A stretch of DNA of 62,644 nt from Acidimicrobiaceae bacterium (GCA_002698945.1 NZZV01000208.1:31069-93712), one strand, 5' to 3'. Shown: positions 18,342-28,995, counted from the first letter of the stretch. Translations and numbers: made by a program. The notes: generated by a model not told the origin, from the sequence alone.

Positions 18342-20092
18342 CCGAACCGACCGTGACCGACCGAGCCGCGACCGGGGGCACCGCAACCGAGGGCCCTGCG
18401 AGCAGCCGCACCATGACCGGGTCGGTGCGCACCCGACTCACACTCGGTGTGTCGCTCGTCGTGGGGGTGATCACGCTCGGCGCTGCCCTGATCGCACCGA
18501 CCTCGGTCGAGAGCAGCCTGATCGACGACCGGCTCGACGCCCAGCGTGATCTGGAGGCGAGCGAACTGACATCGAAGTCGCCCATCGTCGATGCGGGCCA
18601 GTTCGGTACCGCCGAGCTGACCGCACTGTTCGGACCGGACATCGCCCAGCTGACCGCCGAACTCGACGCGATCGGTGCGCTCGATCCGCTGCGCGCCGTC
18701 GACCGTGATCACAACCTCTACGTCCTCTGCGATCAGGACGTGGTCGCGATCGTGACCGAGACGGGGAAGGTCCGGGTCCAGTCGATGGTCGACCGACGGG
18801 TGGACGTCCCGATGGTCTCGCGGCAGCGGCTCGTCCGACTCGCCGCCGACTACGGGGTCGACACCGGCATGCCGATCACGATCCTCGTCGACCGCACCGC
18901 CAGCTTCGAGGCGTTCCTGGAGGAACTCGCCGAACGGGTGACCGTCGACCTCGGCCAGTACCTCGACCCCGAGGTGTTCGAGGCGTTCGACGAGTTCGAC
19001 GACGGGGTCACGATTCCGCGTGACGTCTGGGAGGTCTTGCGCGGCGAACTCGACACGTCCGCGGCGACCACGGCATCCACGACGGCGACTCCCGGCAGCA
19101 TCATCGTCGAGACCCGGACCGTCGCCGGCAGTCCGATGCTGCTCACCGCCTCGACCGACGGGATCGAGAACAGCGTCCGTCGCGTCAGGGTCTTGCTCTG
19201 GCTGGCGGTCCCGGTGGTCATGGCGGCCGCAGCGTTGCTCACCTGGATGCTCGCCGGACGGTCGCTGCGTCCGGTCGCGGCGATCACGGCGCGGACGCGT
19301 GAGATCCGGTCGTCCACACTGCACGAGCGGGTGCCCGTGCCACGGTCCGACGACGAGATCGCCGCGCTGGCGCACGAGATGAACACGATGCTCGACCGCG
19401 TCCAACGCGAAGACGAGCGTCGACGCCAGTTCGTGTCCGACGCGTCGCACGAGTTGCGATCACCGCTCGCCACCATCCGCGCCCAGGCCGAAGCTGCCCT
19501 CCCCGATGAGCACCAGCACGAGCTGGCCGCCGGGGTGCTCGCCGAGGCCGAGCGCATGAGTGCCCTCGTCGACGATCTGCTCGCCCTCGCCCGCCACGAC
19601 GAGCGACGCACCGCACCGAATGGCGTCGTCGACCTCGACGACATCGTGTACACCGAAGCGGCACGCGCGCGTCGGGTTCCGGTCGACGTGTCGGGCGTGT
19701 CGGCAGGTCAGGTCCGAGCCCGCGCGGACGAACTCGGACGCGTCGTCGTCCACCTGCTCGACAACGCCGCCCGACACGCCGAGTCCCGCGTCGAGGTGAC
19801 CCTGACCACCGAGGACGACGGCCGGGTCACCCTCGCCGTCGACGACGACGGACCGGGCATCCCCGACGATCAACGCCAGCGAGTGTTCGAGCGGTTCGTT
19901 CGCCTCGACGACGCACGAGCACGCGACGCCGGCGGCGCCGGTCTCGGGCTCGCCGTGGTCGACACGGTCATCCGTTCGGTCGGCGGCGCCATCGTCGCCG
20001 GCGAGTCGGCGCTCGGCGGCGCACGGCTCGTCGCCACCTTCCCCGATCCGGACCGACCCGGCGACGTCAGCCGACCGCGGTCCGCTCCGTGA
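18338..20092 (+). CDS. HAMP sensor histidine kinase
   Basis: GTGA overlap with the regulator; two TMs; FVSDASHELRSPL, LLDNAARH, DDDGPGIP, GGAGLGL. Confidence 0.95.
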   Translation: MTEPTVTDRAATGGTATEGPASSRTMTGSVRTRLTLGVSLVVGVITLGAALIAPTSVESSLIDDRLDAQRDLEASELTSKSPIVDAGQFGTAELTALFGPDIAQLTAELDAIGALDPLRAVDRDHNLYVLCDQDVVAIVTETGKVRVQSMVDRRVDVPMVSRQRLVRLAADYGVDTGMPITILVDRTASFEAFLEELAERVTVDLGQYLDPEVFEAFDEFDDGVTIPRDVWEVLRGELDTSAATTASTTATPGSIIVETRTVAGSPMLLTASTDGIENSVRRVRVLLWLAVPVVMAAAALLTWMLAGRSLRPVAAITARTREIRSSTLHERVPVPRSDDEIAALAHEMNTMLDRVQREDERRRQFVSDASHELRSPLATIRAQAEAALPDEHQHELAAGVLAEAERMSALVDDLLALARHDERRTAPNGVVDLDDIVYTEAARARRVPVDVSGVSAGQVRARADELGRVVVHLLDNAARHAESRVEVTLTTEDDGRVTLAVDDDGPGIPDDQRQRVFERFVRLDDARARDAGGAGLGLAVVDTVIRSVGGAIVAGESALGGARLVATFPDPDRPGDVSRPRSAP

Positions 20093-23000
20093 GACGTCGG
20101 GCCACCTCACCCCACCCGGCGAGATCGACGACCCGCGACGGCCCGTCGCCCGACGTACCCGACGGCGGCCGAACGGCGTACCGCCCGAGCAAGCGCTCCG
20201 CGTACGCCGTGATCACCACATCGTCCACACCGCTCACCGCGTCGATCAGTCGGACACGGCGGACCTCGCGTTCGGCCGGCGTCGCGGCGGATGCGTAACC
20301 GGCCGCCAGGGCGACCGCCCGGTCCCAGTAGCTGACGTCACCCATGGCCGAGACCCGGTCGGCGTCCGCACACGCCTGCGCATCGTCACCGAGCATCGCC
20401 GACGCCGTCGCCCGCGCCGCGAGGGCGAACGGTGACTGCTCGACGTGCACCTCGAGCAGGGTCGCGAGCGCCGATTCCGGATCACCGATCAGGATCTGTC
20501 CGAAGGCACCGATGACGCGACCTTCGTCGACGTTCGCGCCGGTCGTGTCGAGCCGACCGACGGCTTCACCCGCTCGCAGCAACGCCTCGTGACCGTGGCC
20601 GAGGTGCATCGCCGTCCCGGCGGCGGCGATGACCGGATACGCCAGCTCGCCGAACTTGCCGGACAGCACCATCACCTCCTCGACCGTTCGGTCGGCGTCG
20701 GCGATCCGGCCGAGCGCGACCGACGTGCGGTTGAGAACGCCGAGCGCCTGGATCTGACCGAACCGATCGTCGATCTTCCGGAACCCGGCCAACGCCCGCT
20801 CGGCGAGTGCGTGCGCCTCGGCGACGTCGCCGCGCCACAGCAGCACGCTCGCCTGGAGGTTCCGCATCATCGACGCGCCCCACGCGTCGCTCCACTGCTT
20901 CGCGTCGTCGAGCGCTTCGGCAGCGAGCGCAAGGGCGTCGTCGTTGCGGCGGGCGAAGTGATACACGTACGCCAACACGCCGAGCGACCAGGCACGCCCG
21001 CCGCGGTCACCGATCTCCTCGAACGCTTCGATCGCGGCGTGCAAACGACGTTCCGACACCTCGTGGTCACCGGCCAGGAACGACACCCACGCCAGGTTCT
21101 GCTGCACCCAGGCGCGACCGCGAGGATCGTCCACTCGATCGAAGATCTCCTCGGCCTCTCGCAGGAACCGTTCGGCCTCGGCGAGCGAACCGCCGAACAC
21201 CTCGGCGAACCCCCGTGCCCTGAGCGCGTCGGCGAGGTGCCGGTCGTCGCCCAACTGCCGAAAGGCCTCCACCGCCTTCGTGAGCTCCCGCCGCGCCGCG
21301 GGTAGCTCGCCCTCCATCTGTTCGATCTGACCCAACAGGCGGGCGGATTCGGCGATCACCACGTGGTCGTTGGCGAGCTCGGCCTGCGGGATCAGCTCGG
21401 CAAGGCTGGCACGTGCTTCGCGATGTTGACGCAGATCGACGAGCAGCTCGACCTGCAGCAACGACAGCGTTCGTGATGGCGCCCCCCACCGCGGGGCCAG
21501 GCGGATCGCCCGCTCGACGACGTCGAGTCCGCGCCGAGCGGCGCCTTGCCGTTGCCAGCTGCGACCGGCTTGTTCCAGCCACTCGACCGCGAGCGCGGCA
21601 GCGTCGCCGGGCACACCGTCGATCGGACCGAGTTCGGATTGGATCTCGGCCGCGGACGCCATGTGATGCGCCCGCCGATCGATCGACGTCGGTTCGTACT
21701 CGCGGAGGTACATGGCGACCCCGGCGTGACGTTGGGCGCGCACCTGCTTGGTGAGCGTTTGGTAGGCGACCTCGCGGACGACGTCGCTGCGGAAGCGCCA
21801 TCCGCGACGGTCACGCACCAACAGTCCGGACTCGGCCAGGCTGCTGAACGCATCGGCGTCGTAGACCTGTCCGAGGTGCTCGGCGAAACGCCGCAGCGCT
21901 CCGGCCTTGCCCTCGTTCCCGATGATCGCCGCGTTCTCGATGATCTCACGCTGGGCCGGTGACAGCCGATCGAGCTGGGCGGCGATCAGTGCGCGCAGCG
22001 ATCCGGGCATCTCGTCGGTCGACGACGAGTTCTCCGACGCCAACCTCGTCAGTTCGATGAGGAACAGCGGATTCCCGCCGCTGCGCGTCGAAATGGCGGT
22101 CACGACAGCCGCCGACAGCTCGTGGCCGGCCGTCTCACGGACGAGTTCGGCCGCGTCCGCGTCGGGCAACGGTTCGAGCGACAGGTGCAGCGACATCGCC
22201 GGGTCGGCCGGAGGCGGCCACCCTTCGGTCGTCTCGCCGTCGGGACGGAACGTCGTGGCGATCAGAACGGGAAGGCCGGCGAGCTGACGTGCCAACGACT
22301 CGAGCAGGTCGAGCAGAGCAGGTGCCGCCCACTGGACGTCGTCGACCCAGATCACGACCGGCCCACGCTCGGCTCGACGTCGGAGCGCACTGGCCATCCC
22401 GCCGACGACCGCATCGCGCATCGCGACGGGGCCGAGTGCGTCGAGCGCCGACGGCTGGCCGAGGAGATGGAGTGCGAACTCGACGAAACGATCGAACTGC
22501 GGCGTCCCCGGCTGGAGTTCCTCGAACGGACGGAGCCGGGTCACGATCCGGTCGCGGAGGTCGGGTGCGTCGCCGAGCTGGTCGAGGCCGAGTTGCTCGA
22601 GCACGCTGGCCGCCACCGGCCACCACAGGTTGGTCTCGCCGTAGGGTGCGCACGCCCCTTCGAGCAACAAGGTGTCGGGACGTTCGGCGAGCAGCGTCCC
22701 GACCGCTTCACCGATCAGCCGCGACTTGCCGATGCCGGCCTCGCCGGAGACCGCGACGAGCGCGCCTCGCCCGGCTCGGACGGTTCGGAGCATCGCGTCG
22801 AGGATCGCCAACTCGGCGGTCCGGCCGACGAACGGCACGTCGGTCACCCACCGACGCCGAGGACGCGACCGCTCGACCGCGATCACCTGCCACGCCTCGG
22901 TGATGCCGGCGCGCCCGCGCAGCTGCACAGGATCGACGGGCTGGAACCGAACGGCGGCCGAACACAACGCCTTCGTCTCCTCTCCGACGAGGACTGCGTC

Positions 23001-23516
23001 GGTCGGTGCCGAACTCTGCAATCGGGCCGCGATGTTGACGACATCGCCCATCGCCGTGTAATCGGTGCCGGCCAGCGTGCCGACGAGGACCTCCCCGGTG
23101 TTGATACCGACGCGCATCCGCAGCTCGTCGGCGGGGTGCTCGTCGCGGAACGACGAGAGGGTCTGTTGCATCGCCAAGCCGGCACGGACCGCCCGGTCGG
23201 CGTCGTCCTCGTGGGCGACCGGAGCACCGAACAGGGCGATGATGCCGTCGCCGAGCAGCTTGTCGACGACGCCGCCGAACGACTCGACGTCGCGCACGAG
23301 CAGCTCGAACGCCGCGTCGACGAGACGCTTGACCTGCTCGGGGTCACGGTGCTCGGCCATCGAGGTGAAGCCCACCACGTCGGCGAACAACACGGTGACG
23401 ACCCGTCGCTCCTCGAGCCCGGCGACCTCGGCCAACGCGCCCTGAGGTGCCCCACACGAGGGACAGAACCGTGCCCCCTCGGGGAGCACGCTCGCACACT
23501 GCTCACACGACGCCAA
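20067..23516 (-). CDS. Zinc ribbon, class III adenylate cyclase, STAND/AAA ATPase, TPR protein
   Basis: CEQC...CPSCG; VLFADVVGF, DKLLGDG, DYTAMGDVVNIAARL; GEAGIGKS; DDVQWA; GGNPLF. Confidence 0.92.
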   Translation of the reverse strand: MASCEQCASVLPEGARFCPSCGAPQGALAEVAGLEERRVVTVLFADVVGFTSMAEHRDPEQVKRLVDAAFELLVRDVESFGGVVDKLLGDGIIALFGAPVAHEDDADRAVRAGLAMQQTLSSFRDEHPADELRMRVGINTGEVLVGTLAGTDYTAMGDVVNIAARLQSSAPTDAVLVGEETKALCSAAVRFQPVDPVQLRGRAGITEAWQVIAVERSRPRRRWVTDVPFVGRTAELAILDAMLRTVRAGRGALVAVSGEAGIGKSRLIGEAVGTLLAERPDTLLLEGACAPYGETNLWWPVAASVLEQLGLDQLGDAPDLRDRIVTRLRPFEELQPGTPQFDRFVEFALHLLGQPSALDALGPVAMRDAVVGGMASALRRRAERGPVVIWVDDVQWAAPALLDLLESLARQLAGLPVLIATTFRPDGETTEGWPPPADPAMSLHLSLEPLPDADAAELVRETAGHELSAAVVTAISTRSGGNPLFLIELTRLASENSSSTDEMPGSLRALIAAQLDRLSPAQREIIENAAIIGNEGKAGALRRFAEHLGQVYDADAFSSLAESGLLVRDRRGWRFRSDVVREVAYQTLTKQVRAQRHAGVAMYLREYEPTSIDRRAHHMASAAEIQSELGPIDGVPGDAAALAVEWLEQAGRSWQRQGAARRGLDVVERAIRLAPRWGAPSRTLSLLQVELLVDLRQHREARASLAELIPQAELANDHVVIAESARLLGQIEQMEGELPAARRELTKAVEAFRQLGDDRHLADALRARGFAEVFGGSLAEAERFLREAEEIFDRVDDPRGRAWVQQNLAWVSFLAGDHEVSERRLHAAIEAFEEIGDRGGRAWSLGVLAYVYHFARRNDDALALAAEALDDAKQWSDAWGASMMRNLQASVLLWRGDVAEAHALAERALAGFRKIDDRFGQIQALGVLNRTSVALGRIADADRTVEEVMVLSGKFGELAYPVIAAAGTAMHLGHGHEALLRAGEAVGRLDTTGANVDEGRVIGAFGQILIGDPESALATLLEVHVEQSPFALAARATASAMLGDDAQACADADRVSAMGDVSYWDRAVALAAGYASAATPAEREVRRVRLIDAVSGVDDVVITAYAERLLGRYAVRPPSGTSGDGPSRVVDLAGWGEVARRLTERTAVG

Positions 23517-23688
23517 GAACCTCGATCGTACTGGGCGAACACGCCCGGTCTCCGGCTGGATTCGGCCTCCCCGCGACCTGCCCGCCTTCCTCTGCGACGT
23601 GCCACCGTCGTCCCGTCATCCTCCGGGGCGACGGTGATCGTCCGAAAGGCGGATGGCGCGACGACCCGAACGCGTCAGACTGGGCGAC

Positions 23689-24447
23689 ATGTCCGAGATG
23701 ATGGCTCCTCCCCCACCGACCGTCGCCGCCGCTGCCGGCGTCATCGATGCCCGCAAGACCTACGGACTCGGCGACGCCGCCGTCAACGCTCTCGACGGTG
23801 TCGACGTCCGTTTCGAGCCGGGCAAGTTCACCGCGATCATGGGTCCGTCCGGCTCGGGCAAGTCGACGCTGCTCCACTGCCTCGCCGGCCTCGACAGCCT
23901 GACCTCCGGCGCCGTGTTCATCGGCGACACCTATCTCGCCGAGTTGTCCGACAAGGAGCTCACCGAGCTGCGTCGGAAGCAGGTCGGGTTCGTGTTCCAG
24001 TCGTTCAACCTGATCCCCACCCTGACGGCCAAGGAGAACATCGTCCTGCCGTTGGCGCTGGGCGGCCAGGACGGCGACGAGGTCTGGATCGACCGGGTGA
24101 TCGACACGGTCGGGCTGCGCGACCGGCTCACACACCGGCCGAGCGAGCTCTCCGGCGGCCAGCAGCAGCGCGTCGCCGTCGCGCGTGCGCTCGCGACCCG
24201 ACCGACGATCATCTTCGCCGACGAGCCGACCGGCAACCTCGACTCGAACAGCGGCACCGAGATCCTGCAGTTCATGCGCGACGCGGTCGACGAGTTCGGT
24301 CAGACGATCGTGATGGTGACCCACGACCCGTTCGCGGCGTCGTACGCCGATCGGGCCGTCTTCCTCGCGGACGGCAAGGTCGTCGGCGATCAGGCCGCGC
24401 CGACGCGTGAGTCGATCATGGACCAGATGGCCGCGTTGGGGCACTGA
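23689..24447 (+). CDS. ABC transporter ATP-binding protein (LolD/MacB-like)
   Basis: GPSGSGKS, LSGGQQQR, ADEPTGNLD, VTHD. Confidence 0.95.
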   Translation: MSEMMAPPPPTVAAAAGVIDARKTYGLGDAAVNALDGVDVRFEPGKFTAIMGPSGSGKSTLLHCLAGLDSLTSGAVFIGDTYLAELSDKELTELRRKQVGFVFQSFNLIPTLTAKENIVLPLALGGQDGDEVWIDRVIDTVGLRDRLTHRPSELSGGQQQRVAVARALATRPTIIFADEPTGNLDSNSGTEILQFMRDAVDEFGQTIVMVTHDPFAASYADRAVFLADGKVVGDQAAPTRESIMDQMAALGH

Positions 24448-24448
24448 C

Positions 24449-27001
24449 ATGATCGGCACCCTCGCACGCAAGTCGTTGCGCGCCCGGTTGGGGCGCAACG
24501 TGTTCATCGGACTGGCGATCATGCTCGGCGTCTCGTTCGTCGCCGGCTCGTTCGTCCTGGCCGACTCCATGAAGGCCACCTTCAACAACCTGTTCACCGA
24601 ACTCAGCGAGAACACCGATCTGGTCGTCCGCGCCGAACTCGTGGGCGCGAACGAGACCGAGGGGGCGCTCCGCGATCCGATCGCGGGCGATCTCGTCGCC
24701 GAGGTGAGCGCGATCGACGGGGTCGAGCTCGCCCAAGGCAGCCTCCAACGGTTCGCCCAGATGCTCGACACCGACGGCGAGCCGATCGGCACCGCCGGCG
24801 CACCCCAGATCGGAGCGTCCTGGAGCGGTGAAGGTCCGCTGAACGGGATCACGATCAAGGACGGTCGGGCGCCGGACGGCCCCGACGAGGTCGCGATCGA
24901 CAAGGCGACGGCCGATCGCGTCGGCTACGACGTCGGCGAGCAGATCACGATCGTGCTCGACTCGGGCCGGCGCGACTTCACGATCGTCGGACTCGTCGGG
25001 CTCGGCGACACCGACGGCTTCGCCGGAGCCACCACATCACTGTTCGACGACGCCGCCGCGGCCGAGATCCTCGGGGCCGGCGACATGGTCGACACGATCG
25101 AGATCGCGCTGGCAGACGGTGCCGACATCGACGCGGTCCGAGCCGACATCGCCGAGATCCTGCCGCCTCGGGTCGAGGTGGTCACCGGCGAACAGGTCGC
25201 CGAGGAGACGGCGGATGCGATCAACCAGATCGTCGATCTGTTCGGGACCGGACTGCTGATCTTCGCGTTCGTGACCGCGTTCGTCTCGGCGTTCATCATC
25301 AACAACATCTTCGGGATCACGATCGGGCAGCGGTTGCGCGAACTCGCGCTGCTGCGCTCGATCGGCGCCAACAGCTCGCAGGTGCGTCGCATGATCGTGA
25401 TCGAAGCGGTCGTGGTGTCGCTCACCGCCACCATCGTCGGCATCTTCGGCGGACTCCTCGTGGCGCGCGGCATCATCGCGATCTTCAACCAGGCCGGTGC
25501 CGGTTTCCCCGACATCGGGCTCACGATGCAGATCCGCACGATCGTCGTGTCGTTGATCGTCGGTCTCGGGGTCACCCTGGCGTCGGTGCTGATCCCGGCT
25601 CGACGAGCCGCCAAGATCCCGCCGGTCGCGGCGATGCGGCCCGAACTCGGCTTCACCGCACTCAGCGCCAGCCGACGCCTGGTCGGCGGTGCGGTCGTGA
25701 CCGGCATCGGTGTCGCCATGTTCCTCGTCGGGCTGTTCGTGCAGCCCGGCGGCGGAACCGGACTGGCGTTCTTCGCCGGTGGTGGCGCCCTGCTCACGTT
25801 CCTCGGCGTCACGAGCCTGTCGTCCACGGTCGCCCAACCGGTCAGCCGTGCGATCGGGGCGCCGATCGAGAGGCTGTTCGGTCAATCGGGCAAGTTCGCT
25901 CGCGACAATGCGTCGCGTTCCCCGCGGCGCACCGCTCGGACGGCATCGGCGCTGATGATCGGGGTCGCGCTGATCAGCGCCGGCGCGGTGTTCGCGGCGT
26001 CGCTGCGCGACACCTTCGGGCGAGTGCTCGACCGCGCCGTCACCGCCGACTACATCGTCACGGACGACTCGTTCCAGGGCCTGCCACCCGCGGTCGCCCA
26101 GAACCTCGGCGAGCTCGACGAGCTCGCCGACGTGTCGCCCTTCCGATCGATCTTCGGCACGATCGACGACGATCAGGTCGCCGTCACCGCCGTCGACCCC
26201 GAGTCGTTCGACGAGCTCATCGACCTCGACGTCGTCGAGGGCGGCTACGACGGGCTGATCGCCGGCAACGGCGTCATGGTGTACGGCGACGCCGCCGACG
26301 AGCGTTCGCTCGAACTCGGCGACGAGGTGAACGTCACGTACCAGAACGGTCTCGAATCGACCCTCGTCGTCTCGGGCTTCTTCGACGACAACTCGCTCGG
26401 CGGCTCCTGGTACATCTCGCTCGACGAGCTCGAGCGAGCCAGCGATCAGACCCCGCGCGATCAGTTCGTCCTCGCACGCCTGGCCGACGGCGTCGATCCC
26501 GCCGACGGTCGCGCCGCCGTCGAAGGCGCGCTCACCGACTACCCGCAGGCAGGAGTGCAGGACAACGCCGAGTTCCGGGCCGAGCAGGAGGGCCAGATCA
26601 ACCAGCTCCTGGTGGTCATCACCACCTTGCTGAGCATGGCGATCCTGATCTCGTTCCTCGGCATCGCCATCACCCTCGCCCTGTCGGTCTTCGAACGCAC
26701 CCGAGAGATCGGCCTGCTCCGAGCGGTCGGCATGACGAAGCGGCAGCTGCGGCGAGCGGTGCGGTGGGAGGCGGTCATCGTGGCCGTGTTCGGCGTCGTC
26801 GTCGGTGTCGTGGTGGGTCTCTCGATGGGGATCGCGCTCGCGATCGCCGTGCCCAACTCGGTGATCGACGGGGTGACGCTGCCGTGGGCGAACCTGTTGT
26901 TCACGCTGGTGCTCGCCATCATCGCTGCCGTCGTCGCCGCCCTCTACCCGGCGTACAAGGCATCGAACATGAACGTGCTCGACGCGATCTCCCACGAGTG
27001 A
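24449..27001 (+). CDS. FtsX-like ABC permease (double MacB-type)
   Basis: QRLRELALLRSIGA and ERTREIGLLRAVG motifs. Confidence 0.92.
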   Translation: MIGTLARKSLRARLGRNVFIGLAIMLGVSFVAGSFVLADSMKATFNNLFTELSENTDLVVRAELVGANETEGALRDPIAGDLVAEVSAIDGVELAQGSLQRFAQMLDTDGEPIGTAGAPQIGASWSGEGPLNGITIKDGRAPDGPDEVAIDKATADRVGYDVGEQITIVLDSGRRDFTIVGLVGLGDTDGFAGATTSLFDDAAAAEILGAGDMVDTIEIALADGADIDAVRADIAEILPPRVEVVTGEQVAEETADAINQIVDLFGTGLLIFAFVTAFVSAFIINNIFGITIGQRLRELALLRSIGANSSQVRRMIVIEAVVVSLTATIVGIFGGLLVARGIIAIFNQAGAGFPDIGLTMQIRTIVVSLIVGLGVTLASVLIPARRAAKIPPVAAMRPELGFTALSASRRLVGGAVVTGIGVAMFLVGLFVQPGGGTGLAFFAGGGALLTFLGVTSLSSTVAQPVSRAIGAPIERLFGQSGKFARDNASRSPRRTARTASALMIGVALISAGAVFAASLRDTFGRVLDRAVTADYIVTDDSFQGLPPAVAQNLGELDELADVSPFRSIFGTIDDDQVAVTAVDPESFDELIDLDVVEGGYDGLIAGNGVMVYGDAADERSLELGDEVNVTYQNGLESTLVVSGFFDDNSLGGSWYISLDELERASDQTPRDQFVLARLADGVDPADGRAAVEGALTDYPQAGVQDNAEFRAEQEGQINQLLVVITTLLSMAILISFLGIAITLALSVFERTREIGLLRAVGMTKRQLRRAVRWEAVIVAVFGVVVGVVVGLSMGIALAIAVPNSVIDGVTLPWANLLFTLVLAIIAAVVAALYPAYKASNMNVLDAISHE

Positions 27002-27020
27002 CCTGCGCGACACTGCGGGG

Positions 27021-27410
27021 ATGGCCTTCGATCTCGACCGGCTCGACCCCGCAGTGCTGGCGTTCCTCGACGAACGCCATCTCGCCACGATCACGACGCT
27101 GCGAGCCGACGGGACACCCCACGTGGTGCCCGTCGGCTTCGCGTTCGACCCCGACGAGCGCGTCGTCCGGGTGATCAGCAACGGTGGCTCCCAGAAGGTG
27201 GCGAACCTTCGCAACGGTGGACGGGCGGTCGTCAGCCAGGTCGACGGCCGCCGGTGGCTCTCCCTCGAAGGTCCCGCCCGCGTCCTGAGCGACGCCGACG
27301 ACGTGGCACGCGCCGAGGTCGCCTACGAAGAGCGCTACCAGGCCCCACGCGACCGCCCGGGACGCGTGGCGATCGTGATCGACGTCGACCGCATCATGGG
27401 CAACGTCTGA
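27021..27410 (+). CDS. PPOX-class probable F420-dependent protein
   Basis: TTLRADGTPHVVPVGF, QKVANL, WLSLEG. Confidence 0.85.
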   Translation: MAFDLDRLDPAVLAFLDERHLATITTLRADGTPHVVPVGFAFDPDERVVRVISNGGSQKVANLRNGGRAVVSQVDGRRWLSLEGPARVLSDADDVARAEVAYEERYQAPRDRPGRVAIVIDVDRIMGNV

Positions 27411-27453
27411 CCCGGGTCCGCTGGCACAGCGGCCGATGGGCGGGCGTCGGGCG

Positions 27454-28335
27454 TCAACCGGCGCGGTTCGTGCGCCAGGGCAACTCGTTCAGGTACTTCA
27501 CCGCCGCCGGATGCGGATCCATCTCGCGGATCTCGGTCGGCTGGCGTCGGTCGAGGCGCACCTGACAGCCGGGGCACCAGTAGAGCATGCGCCCGTGGCG
27601 ACCGATCGGTTGCGACTCGACGGTCTCGTGACAGCGGATGCAGCCCTGACCACACCGGCCGTACACGGCCAGACCGCCCGGTGTGAGCCGGGTCGTCGCA
27701 CGACGGCTGCGCCCCTCGTTCGCACGCACCATGCCTGCTGCTGTGTTGACGATGAGCACTGCGTCGTGATGGGTGAGATCGGCGATGTGCGCCCACGGGC
27801 TCAGCTCGGCCGCCCACAGCACCTCGCACCGATACACGTTGCCGACACCTTGCATCACGTGCTGATCGACCATGACGTCGCGCAGCCGCGCCTCGGGCTC
27901 GCCGTACGACATCAGCAGGTTGACGGCCTCTGACAGGTCGGCGTCGGGACGAGCCAGGTTCGGTCCGAGACGCCCGAACCCGGGGTGGCGGGTCGGATCG
28001 GGAAGGCGATAGGTCTCCACCTCGGCGGCGTCGAAGCAGACGGCCACGAAGTCGTCGGTCTGCACCGCCGCCCGGAGCGAGTCCCATCCCCTGCGCCACG
28101 GCGCACCCTGACGATAGACGTGCCACTCGCTGCGACCCTTCAGCTTGGTGTCGAGCACCATGCCGTCGTCCCAGATGATCTCGACGTGCTTGCCACTCGC
28201 CTCGACCGCTTCGACCATCCGTCCGGGCTGCGGCCGCGGACCGACCAGCGTGGGGGCGTGGAACTTCACCATCGGGTGGCCGACGAGCGCCGTACGCATG
28301 GTGCTCGCGGATCGGGCGAGATCCCCCGAGATCAT
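27454..28335 (-). CDS. Fpg/Nei-family DNA glycosylase homolog lacking the N-terminal Pro-Glu
   Basis: GKH, LGP, H2TH motif DQHVMQGVGNVYRCEVL, Zn finger CIRC...WCPGCQ; the N-terminus reads MISGD. Confidence 0.85.
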   Translation of the reverse strand: MISGDLARSASTMRTALVGHPMVKFHAPTLVGPRPQPGRMVEAVEASGKHVEIIWDDGMVLDTKLKGRSEWHVYRQGAPWRRGWDSLRAAVQTDDFVAVCFDAAEVETYRLPDPTRHPGFGRLGPNLARPDADLSEAVNLLMSYGEPEARLRDVMVDQHVMQGVGNVYRCEVLWAAELSPWAHIADLTHHDAVLIVNTAAGMVRANEGRSRRATTRLTPGGLAVYGRCGQGCIRCHETVESQPIGRHGRMLYWCPGCQVRLDRRQPTEIREMDPHPAAVKYLNELPWRTNRAG

Positions 28336-28394
28336 GGGCCGATCGTACGCGGTCGCCCGTCGGCGATGGTGGATGCGCCGCCGGCGCGCGTGCG

Positions 28395-28934
28395 CTACGG
28401 CAACTGACCGACGTGGGCCAACGCGAGCCGCAACAGGCGATCCTGCCCGCCGGTCATCTGGCCGATCACCGACGACGTCACGACCTCCTGGGGCGTGTAC
28501 CACGCCAGATCGAGCGCCTCCTGAGTCGGCTGGCACTCACCGTCGACGGGAACGATGAACACCAGGCTGACGGCGTGCTGACGCGGATCGTGGAATCCGG
28601 TCTTGGCCGCATCGGGGAAGTACTCGACCACCGTGAACGGCGCCTGCTCGACGGGAATCCGCGGAAAGGCGAGCGGTCCGAGATCCTTCTCGCAGTGGCG
28701 GAGCAGCGCGTCGCGCACCCGCTCGCCGAACAACACGCGTCCGCTGACGATGAGTCGGCTGATCGTGCCGTCGGCCGCCTGACGGAGCAACAGCCCGATC
28801 TCGGTCACCTGGCCGAGCGAATCGACACGAACCGGGACCGCCTCGACATACACGATCGGCATCTGGGCGCGGATCGACTCGAGGTCGTCGGCCGGCAGCC
28901 AGGTCGCGTCGGTGTCGGTGTCGATCTCGCTCAC
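28395..28934 (-). CDS. NUDIX-like DUF4916 protein
   Basis: PIVYVEAVPVR, VSGRVLFGE, EKDLGP, HDPRQHAVSL. Confidence 0.85.
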   Translation of the reverse strand: MSEIDTDTDATWLPADDLESIRAQMPIVYVEAVPVRVDSLGQVTEIGLLLRQAADGTISRLIVSGRVLFGERVRDALLRHCEKDLGPLAFPRIPVEQAPFTVVEYFPDAAKTGFHDPRQHAVSLVFIVPVDGECQPTQEALDLAWYTPQEVVTSSVIGQMTGGQDRLLRLALAHVGQLP

Positions 28935-28995
28935 GGGGAGTCATCCTAGGTTCCGCCGGTCGGCGCCGGGCCAACGCGCCGACGACGTTCGGCCG

